In this document: positions 46,440-54,000 of the stretch, piece by piece
How positions within the stretch are numbered: position 1 is the first letter of the stretch
How the letters are laid out: each line of letters opens with the position of its first letter
Source of the DNA: an uncultured Candidatus Saccharibacteria bacterium
GTDB taxonomy: Bacteria > Patescibacteriota > Saccharimonadia > Saccharimonadales > Saccharimonadaceae
Reading direction: 5' to 3'
Assembly: GCA_964573015.1 (NCBI GenBank)
Contig: CAZNHZ010000002.1
Coordinates: forward strand, 66,144 to 130,143
DNA: 64,000 nt
Notes under the pieces: model-generated
What the model was told of the DNA's origin: nothing
The model's database searches: none
The model's input: the letters and a program-made list of their open reading frames with translations, nothing else
Program-made: the position numbers and the translations under genes

Positions 46440-47246
46440 ATGAGCCGAGGCAGTTCGCGATCAACGCTACGGCAGCTGATAATGCTGCTAACAATGCCGC
46501 TTTTGTTGGTTAGCACTACCTATGCATTGTTCAATCAAGAGCTGTCAATCAATGCTTCCGGATCAGGTGTATCTTATGTGTCAAATAACTACACACTCAT
46601 GACCTATAACAAGACCGCTACCCAAGCCGGTAGCACGTGGACCTATAGCCTCTCCCCGGTGACAATCAAAAACAACGGTGTAACCTCGATAACTGCTTGG
46701 CAGGTGGTGTTTGATATACCTTCAGATGCGCCAATGCCAACTTGTGCCAGTACAGTATTGTGCACCAAATCAGGAACTAAGGTTACCGTCAAAAACGGCG
46801 CCGGTAACGGCACACTAACAGCCGGCGGGTCAACGACTTTCTCATTGTCGTTTACTACCGCAACAGCCGCCTATACGCTTCAAAATGTCGTGATATCAGC
46901 GACCTACGATACGGCATTTCAGACAATCGCCGGACTGAGTGTCACGATAAGCAATACCGGCAGTAAGGTAAAGGGTATCTGGACTTGGACACCCACGATC
47001 ACCGTCACCAATAATTCCGGCCAGTCACTGAGCGGCTGGCAAGTGACGGTGACGCCATGGTCAACATCATATTCGGTAGCTTCGACGATGCCGAGTGGTC
47101 TTAGTTTTACGACCAGCAGTACGCAACTGGTTTTTACCAGCACCAACACTATTGCAAACGGTACATCATATCAGTTTACGCCAACGATAAAAACCGGAAG
47201 TATCTCTAACTGGAATCCATCTGCTTCCGTGAAAGGAAGAGGCTGA
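46440..47246 (+). CDS. Secreted accessory/tip protein with the same signal-peptide class and two CBM2-like beta modules
   Basis: 268 aa. LLLVSTTYALFNQELSINASGS. Two modules begin ITAWQVVFDIP... and LSGWQVTVTPW.... Confidence 0.6.
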   Translation: MSRGSSRSTLRQLIMLLTMPLLLVSTTYALFNQELSINASGSGVSYVSNNYTLMTYNKTATQAGSTWTYSLSPVTIKNNGVTSITAWQVVFDIPSDAPMPTCASTVLCTKSGTKVTVKNGAGNGTLTAGGSTTFSLSFTTATAAYTLQNVVISATYDTAFQTIAGLSVTISNTGSKVKGIWTWTPTITVTNNSGQSLSGWQVTVTPWSTSYSVASTMPSGLSFTTSSTQLVFTSTNTIANGTSYQFTPTIKTGSISNWNPSASVKGRG

Positions 47247-47584
47247 TGCTTAGAAAACTACGTCGTATCAAACCGGCTGCATGGTATGGCGTGGCGGCAG
47301 TATTGGCTATGACGGGGCTGCCGTTAGCCGAGGGGTTAATTAACGGTACGGATAATCTCTTTTCTTATGCGATAATTCAGCTAATAGGTGCTATAGTTGC
47401 CGCTTTGTTTGTTCGGCGATTAGTAAACGGTCAGTCGGACAGGCTGCGTCGCTCTGTAGATAAAAGCTGGATGATCGGCTCGGTATTGGCGGTGTGGTTT
47501 GTGGTGTATTTGTCTCAGGCCTGGCCGTCACATATGTCCACAACGTTGTGGCGCCGAGCTGGCAGACCATATTGTTTAACGTGA
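47246..47584 (+). CDS. Small polytopic membrane protein (three TM), possibly the N-terminus of the following gene
   Basis: 112 aa. Its start overlaps the upstream stop (TGATG). Its last 91 nt overlap the next ORF in another frame. Confidence 0.45.
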   Translation: MLRKLRRIKPAAWYGVAAVLAMTGLPLAEGLINGTDNLFSYAIIQLIGAIVAALFVRRLVNGQSDRLRRSVDKSWMIGSVLAVWFVVYLSQAWPSHMSTTLWRRAGRPYCLT

Positions 47585-48420
47585 TAGTAGTTGGTATGAC
47601 CGCGGCAGCAATTGAGTACGCTAGGCATGGTATCATGCAGCTGGGCGGTCGCCGCAATGCACTCTTTTTCGGTGTGATAGTGAGTGTGGTATTTATGATC
47701 TTGCAAATAAACATTTTGCATATTGCCGAGATGCACACGGCAGATGAGATAATAAAATTTGTCGTTTCCGATATCATGCCGAGCGCGGCAAATAGCTTAC
47801 TGCTTACCTATCTTGCGATAAGCGCCGGCTTGTGGCCGCAGCTAGTGTATCGCTTGGGTATTGTTGCTATGGTATACATACCACCGATTATTCCAAAATA
47901 TGACTGGTACTTGAGCGGTGTGGCGTGGTTGTTGTTGGCAGTGGCTACATACATTGTTGTTGATCGGACCAATCGTGATGATAGACGAACTTCCAGGGAT
48001 GTAAATTATCGCCGTCTGCGACTTAGGTATGTTTATCATATTATGTACTTGGCGGTTCTCACCGGCTTAATGTTTTTTATGGTAGGAGTATTTACCTATA
48101 AGCCGCAAGCTATCATGTCCAACAGTATGCAACCTGTGTTTGGTCGGGGGTCTATCGTAATTGTGCAAAGAGCAGATGGTATGCAAGTACAAACCGGCGA
48201 TATTATCCAATACGTGAGTGCGGGTCGTTCTATCACTCATCGGATCATAAAAATTGACCAGAGTAGCGATGGATCGGGACGCCGAATCATTATAACCAAG
48301 GGCGACAACAGTCCGAGCGCCGACAAGCCGATTACGGTCGAACAGGTTGTCGGCACGGTTCGCGCCCAAATACCGCTTTTGGGTTACCCAACCGTTTGGT
48401 TACGGGAGGTGGTACAATGA
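47494..48420 (+). CDS. SipW-class (ER/archaeal-type S26B) signal peptidase I fused to an N-terminal polytopic membrane domain
   Basis: 308 aa. The C-terminal ~110 aa read IMSNSMQPVFGRGSIVIVQ...GDIIQY...SITHRII...ITKGDNSPSAD. This gives a Ser nucleophile, a His general base and the KGDN box seen in SipW. The N-terminal ~190 aa have about 5 TM helices. Confidence 0.75.
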   Translation: MVCGVFVSGLAVTYVHNVVAPSWQTILFNVIVVGMTAAAIEYARHGIMQLGGRRNALFFGVIVSVVFMILQINILHIAEMHTADEIIKFVVSDIMPSAANSLLLTYLAISAGLWPQLVYRLGIVAMVYIPPIIPKYDWYLSGVAWLLLAVATYIVVDRTNRDDRRTSRDVNYRRLRLRYVYHIMYLAVLTGLMFFMVGVFTYKPQAIMSNSMQPVFGRGSIVIVQRADGMQVQTGDIIQYVSAGRSITHRIIKIDQSSDGSGRRIIITKGDNSPSADKPITVEQVVGTVRAQIPLLGYPTVWLREVVQ

Positions 48421-48441
48421 ATAGAGTAAACGGGTGGAATT

Positions 48442-49578
48442 ATGGCACTTGGTATTGATAACTCTGAGCACGCGCGTCGACCGATAGGGTTTAGTGTTAT
48501 TGGTGTTTTTTTGCTGATGTTTTCGTTTTTTGTAACCTATGATATAACTCAGGGTCAGCCTGAATCCGCGCCAGTTGCAGCTGCCTATGAATATACGGTC
48601 AGTCAATCAATTGATACGAATGTCGATTATTTCAAAAGCAGTTTTTTTGAAAAAGGACCGGGTACAAACACTGCATATGTCGCCGATTTAACTGATATTA
48701 TCGGAGCAACATTTCACTACAATTTTCATGGTTCGGAGTCGATTAAGCTCAGTTATGCTTACGAAGTAACAGCAAGCGTCAGGGGTAATTATGCTTTGCA
48801 AACTGACCCGCAAAAAATTCCCAGCGTGTGGAACAAGAATTATCAGTTGGTAGCGCCAACCCGCGAAGCTATCAGTGGTCATGATATTACGCTAAGTCCT
48901 GAAGTAAAGATACCGTTTGCTGACTATAAAAAACAAATAGATCAGTTTAAAACCGCACTTAGTTTGCCGCTCAATAGCGAGGTAGTGGTTACCTGCACTA
49001 TAGAGGTTAAAGGCACCGTAGGCGATACGTCTTTTCAGGATAAACGAGTCGCGACCATAACGGCTCCGCTTGATCAAGTCGTTTATACCCTAGGCATAAA
49101 GTACGACAAGCAGGATAAAAAGCAGGTGGTGGCTCAGGCGACTAAGGACTCACAACAGCTATATCAACGCTCAAAGATTTTTGTAGCAATTGGACTGGCG
49201 GCAGCCGGGTTGGCGGCGATTGGCTATGGGCTGCGACGGCAAATCTTTAAGTCACCATACCAACGCGAGCTGGAGCGCATTTATCGTTATCATGACGGAA
49301 TTATAATACGAGCTAAGCAACCGGCAGAATTGGCGGGTAAACATACGGTGCCGGTAATGAGTTTTGATGATTTACTAAATCTTGAAGAAGAGCTAAAGAC
49401 GCCGATTGTAGCGGCACCTGCCGGAGGAGAATCGACGCAATTTAGCATTATTCATAACGATGTCATATACATGTATATACTAGGAAAGCCCTTGATTGAG
49501 GAATTGCCCTCTGCCGCTCTTGATACAGATGATGAGGTTGCTAAACTATGGCGTCACCGCAAAAAACCTAAAAAGTAG
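48442..49578 (+). CDS. Two-TM membrane protein with a large extracytoplasmic beta-rich domain (DUF5305-like, from memory)
   Basis: 378 aa. TM1 is IGFSVIGVFLLMFSFFVTY and TM2 is IFVAIGLAAAGLAAIGYGL. The cytoplasmic tail reads ...VPVMSFDDLLNLEEELKTPIV. Confidence 0.55.
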   Translation: MALGIDNSEHARRPIGFSVIGVFLLMFSFFVTYDITQGQPESAPVAAAYEYTVSQSIDTNVDYFKSSFFEKGPGTNTAYVADLTDIIGATFHYNFHGSESIKLSYAYEVTASVRGNYALQTDPQKIPSVWNKNYQLVAPTREAISGHDITLSPEVKIPFADYKKQIDQFKTALSLPLNSEVVVTCTIEVKGTVGDTSFQDKRVATITAPLDQVVYTLGIKYDKQDKKQVVAQATKDSQQLYQRSKIFVAIGLAAAGLAAIGYGLRRQIFKSPYQRELERIYRYHDGIIIRAKQPAELAGKHTVPVMSFDDLLNLEEELKTPIVAAPAGGESTQFSIIHNDVIYMYILGKPLIEELPSAALDTDDEVAKLWRHRKKPKK

Positions 49579-49586
49579 GCTGTTTA

Positions 49587-50132
49587 ATGGCACTGGAAAT
49601 TAATTCACGACGTAGCGCATATCGACATGGCCATAATATGCTGGCTCGTCAGCGTCGTCGCAAACAAATAGTACGAGTGATTGTTTCTATCATGATCTTG
49701 TTGATGCTAATTGTAGTCGCTGCTTTAATTTATATATGGTACACGGGACGCTACCAACCAGCCCCCCCGGCCCCGCCGCCGTCACGGCCAAAAGTTAAAG
49801 TTGATCAACCGAAAGTGGTAGTTGATGAAACGGCTGCTGTCGGCGTATCATCACAGCTTTTTACCAACAAAGTGCCGCAAGGGAAAAATGCTTCACTGAC
49901 AATCAAGACCAACCCGCTTGCGGCATGTTCGATTAGTGTGGAATACAATAAACAAGCGAGTAAAGACTCAGGTCTGGTGCCAAAAAAGGCCGATGAATAT
50001 GGCGTGGTTAGCTGGGCATGGACTGTCGAAGCTTCGCGGCCGATTGGGTCGTGGCCGATTGTCGTCACTTGTGCGAATGCAAAAAAATCGGGGGTTTTAG
50101 AGGTTAATATCGAAGTCGTGCCAGCAGAATAA
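49587..50132 (+). CDS. Membrane-anchored protein with a Pro-rich linker and an Ig-like domain
   Basis: 181 aa. TM helix IVSIMILLMLIVVAALIYIW, then PAPPAPPPSRPK, then a beta-type domain. Confidence 0.5.
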   Translation: MALEINSRRSAYRHGHNMLARQRRRKQIVRVIVSIMILLMLIVVAALIYIWYTGRYQPAPPAPPPSRPKVKVDQPKVVVDETAAVGVSSQLFTNKVPQGKNASLTIKTNPLAACSISVEYNKQASKDSGLVPKKADEYGVVSWAWTVEASRPIGSWPIVVTCANAKKSGVLEVNIEVVPAE

Positions 50133-51017
50133 TCAGTCAAGTGAAGCTATGTATGCCGACCAAGTTTCGTTTTTGATTTGCAAAGGTGACTTTATGAGAA
50201 TCAATAGACGTTTTTTGGTGAGAATAATTGATTGAGGACCCTTGGATGATGTACCTATAAAATAGACAGTTGCGTCATCTGCTACGACGCGCTCTTTGGC
50301 ATTGAACTCAAGCGCCATATTTTTTATTTCCTCATCGGGATCAGTTGAAAAGTTTTGTGGCAGTGGTTGTTGGCTGACGGTAATATTGACTTTATTTATA
50401 GTATCGACGTATGCAAAAACCGGATTACGATCGGGCGGACTGACCCGTTTCCAGCCGCCGAGCTGTTGGATCGACTTTCCGTTGGGAAGTAGCGTGTCAA
50501 ACTCAGGAGTTAAACCGCCAATCGACTGATTCGGTTTAGATGATTGATTAATGAACGGAATTGATACTGGCGAAATTTGTCGGTAGCTGACAAACCAAAT
50601 ACCAACTAAGAATAGCCCTACAATAAGTATGAGTTTGATAGACGGCATATTTATTGTGAACTGTCTTGTGTGGTTAACGGATGGCTTGATCCATGTCGTT
50701 GTCCGACGAAATACCGCGGTTATAAATCGAACAATATGTCGGATTAATCGTGTGACAAGCGGTATGATTTCACTGACTAAGATATGACCAATAGTGCCAA
50801 TTGTATCTTTGACGCGGTCTAGTCGCGGATCGGGATCAGTTGTATCGATAATTGGCTTGGTGGTTCGAGCATTTAAAACTTCGCTTGAGGCCTCCTGATC
50901 TGACTTGGTTGAGGTTGGTAACGCCTGTGAGGCAGACGCTCTATTGGAACGAGGTTTAGGTTTTTCAGCGGAGCGTGCTGGTGGGGGGCTAAGCGAATAA
51001 GTGCGGTATTTCATCAT
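50133..51017 (-). CDS. Membrane-anchored protein, last gene of the minus-strand surface operon (C-terminal domain DUF4367-like, tentative)
   Basis: 294 aa with a central TM helix (LILIVGLFLVGIWFV). Its start overlaps the stop of the 1890-aa gene by 4 nt. Confidence 0.5.
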   Translation of the reverse strand: MMKYRTYSLSPPPARSAEKPKPRSNRASASQALPTSTKSDQEASSEVLNARTTKPIIDTTDPDPRLDRVKDTIGTIGHILVSEIIPLVTRLIRHIVRFITAVFRRTTTWIKPSVNHTRQFTINMPSIKLILIVGLFLVGIWFVSYRQISPVSIPFINQSSKPNQSIGGLTPEFDTLLPNGKSIQQLGGWKRVSPPDRNPVFAYVDTINKVNITVSQQPLPQNFSTDPDEEIKNMALEFNAKERVVADDATVYFIGTSSKGPQSIILTKKRLLILIKSPLQIKNETWSAYIASLD

Positions 51018-54000
51018 TGTGCGTAGGTTGGAGTATCAATTGGTTGTTGGAGTCCACCGGTAAAAGTGCGTCCGTGCATCAGGCGCTTACTCGGATCTGC
51101 GGTAAACTGAAGACTAAGATCGGTTATTGTCGGCCCGCGACTGACATCGTCCGGGTATCCAAAGGCTTGCGAGCTATCGACTGTGACATTGAAGAAGAAG
51201 TACCTGCCACATTTGATATCTGTACCGCCACTGTCTTTGACGATATATGCCCCCGGTGTGCCAAGTGTGACGTCGCCAAAATGAGTCTCCTGTCCCCAGG
51301 TAGTCATGGTTGCGCATTTGGTGGAGGTAAGTTGGTTGGCCATACTGCGGTATTTGAGCTGCCAGCGGGCGCCGATGGAGTTATCGAGGCCGTTTATCAG
51401 CCAGTAATTTGGGAACACATCACTGTCGGTATCTACCATAATGGAGTATTTGGCGACCTGTGGCTGGGAAAGCAGGGTCGTTTGCTGGGCGGTGTTTGCG
51501 CCGCTCGGGTAGGCCAGGGTCGCACCGCAGCCGCCGCCGAGCACGTAGAGTTTGCCGTCGCTGTAGACTGCTGCCGCTCCGTAGCGGTCGCCGGCAAAGC
51601 GCTGGTTGGTCGATGACCATTCACCGACGCCGGTTGGCATATTCCCAGATGCTATAGTCGTGTTGGCGCTGACAGGAGCGAGCAGTGTACTGGGCGCGCA
51701 GGTTGTCGGACTGTTGCGTCCCCCTATGAGGTAGATATAGCCGTTGGCAGCGATAGCATCGGCGTCGGCTAGCTGTTTGGGTAATGATGTGCTGTAGAGC
51801 CAGTTTCCGGCAGTTCCGTTCGTAGTATTTAGTTGTGAATACGATGTGTCACTGAGGTAGTTGCCGCTGCCGTCTATACCGCCAAAAACATACAGGTTAT
51901 TGGCGTAGGCGACGCTGGCGAGGCTGCTGCGGGCGACCGGCAGGCTCGTGCTGGCGGTCGACCAGGCGCTGGTAATATTGCCGCCACTCGTGAGCTGCGG
52001 GCTGACGTAGACTGTAGCAGTTGGAGTGCCCGCAGAGTTATTGCCGCCCACGACGTAGAGCCGTCCATTCCAAATGGCGACGCCAAATTTACTGCGGGCA
52101 CTAGGTAGCCCATTGGTCGCCGTAGACCAACTCCCGATAGTCCCGCCGCTAGGAGTGGCGTGGTATACGCTGTTTTGGGCTGTGCCGCTGGCGTTCTGCC
52201 CGCCAATATAGTACAGGCTGCCACCACTAGTGGCTAGCTTGCCCCAGCCACGTGCTTGAGGGAGGGCGGCTTGATCAGTCCACGTACCCACGCTGCCATT
52301 GGCATCGATTGGAGCTGATGAAACAGTAGTAACCGGGTTAGTGCAGTCGGTGGTACCGGTGCAACCGCCCGCCATAAACAGGTGTCCGTTTAATACGGTA
52401 GCACTACCGCCGAGACGTTGTTGGTTTGTCACATACTGATTTGCTGCGTTACTGTAACCGGCCGGGGTGCCGCTGTCGTTGTTGTAGACCTGGAATGTTT
52501 GTATGACATCGGTGCGTGTCGTACAGCCGCCCGGACTAGCGCCGATGGTGCATCCACCGATGACATAGGCGTAGGAATTACTGACAGGAACAGTAAGTCC
52601 CCAGCGCTGGTTGATCTCGACGGCAGACACATGCCAGCCTTCGACAAGGCTGCCGTCACTGACATTTATCTTGATAAACTCGATATCAGCGAGTACGCCG
52701 CTACTGGCTTCGTACCCGCCGACTGCATAGAGGTAACCGTTGTAGCCAAACGCCGCCGAACGCCGCCGTCCGACCGACATTTGGAAAGCTGATTCTATCC
52801 AGTTACTACCGCTGACGGCGACAATGTTATTATTGTTGTCGATCTTTGCATAACGGACAGTTTTGAGATCAACACTATTTGGTGTGACGCCGCCGATGAG
52901 ATAGATATAATTGGCATAGACCGTACCGCTCATGATGCCGAGGCCTTGTGAGCCGCCGACTGCTAGTTCGGCATCGATTTGTTGTTGCCCGCTGGTGCTG
53001 CAGCCTGTTATTGCGCCAGATGTCTGGATATTACATTTGTAGACGGCGGTGCTGTAGGACGTACAGCCGGCATTGCTGCTAGCAGTACAGCCGCCAAGTA
53101 TGTAGAGGTTTCCTGGGTTGTTGCTGGCGTCATCGGGGTTGGCACGGGCAAAGGCGTATTGGTATGACACGTTGTTGACGCCAAGTCCCGTCAAGGATTG
53201 ATTTGTCCAGGTACCGAGACTGCCGTTTGTTTGATTGATATCGGCCCGCAACAGATCATTGGCATTTCCGCCGCCCGTCAAACCGCCGACGAGGTAGACC
53301 CGGCCGTTGAATACAACCGGACTAGAAGCAGCCAGCCCACTCGGCGTGGTATTGGTCGTGTCAACGCACCATATGCCACCCTGGATAGTTCGGGGAGCGG
53401 GACAAGCAGCAGGGGCGGTCATCTTGCCGGTCGATGATATCGCTACGTAGGCGGTGTTACTGGATGTGGCATTACAGCTATTGCTCGTGCAGCCGCCGAT
53501 GAGGTACAAGTAGCCGTTGGATATAAACGAGTTGGTCAGCATGTTGCCGACATTACTCGGCATGTTGCAATTAGTTGCGCTCCCGCCGCTGCAAGGCGCG
53601 GTGCCAAACGGAACACTTTCACCCACGGTCGAGGCATCGCCGTCTTGGTTGATTTTGCCATATTGGATATCCGAGAGGGCGTTGTTGCAGTTGCCGGTCG
53701 CAGTGTTTTGGCTGCTGCAGCCACCAATCTCGTAGAGGTAGCCGCGCCAGGCAACGAGGCTCTGTCCGGTGCGGGTGTCATTGACGCCGCCGACGAGGTT
53801 CCAGCTGTCGATACTGCCATCGGCGTTGATACTTGATACCTGGGTGTCGCTGACCACAGACGTACAAAAACCGCTGGCGTTGGTGGCGGTGCAGCCGCCG
53901 CTAACATAGATATAGGCACCCCATACCGAGCCGAAGTCGCCGCCGCTAGTCATGCGTCCAGATTGCATAGGGGTAGTCGCGACCCAGTTGTTGAGGCTGC

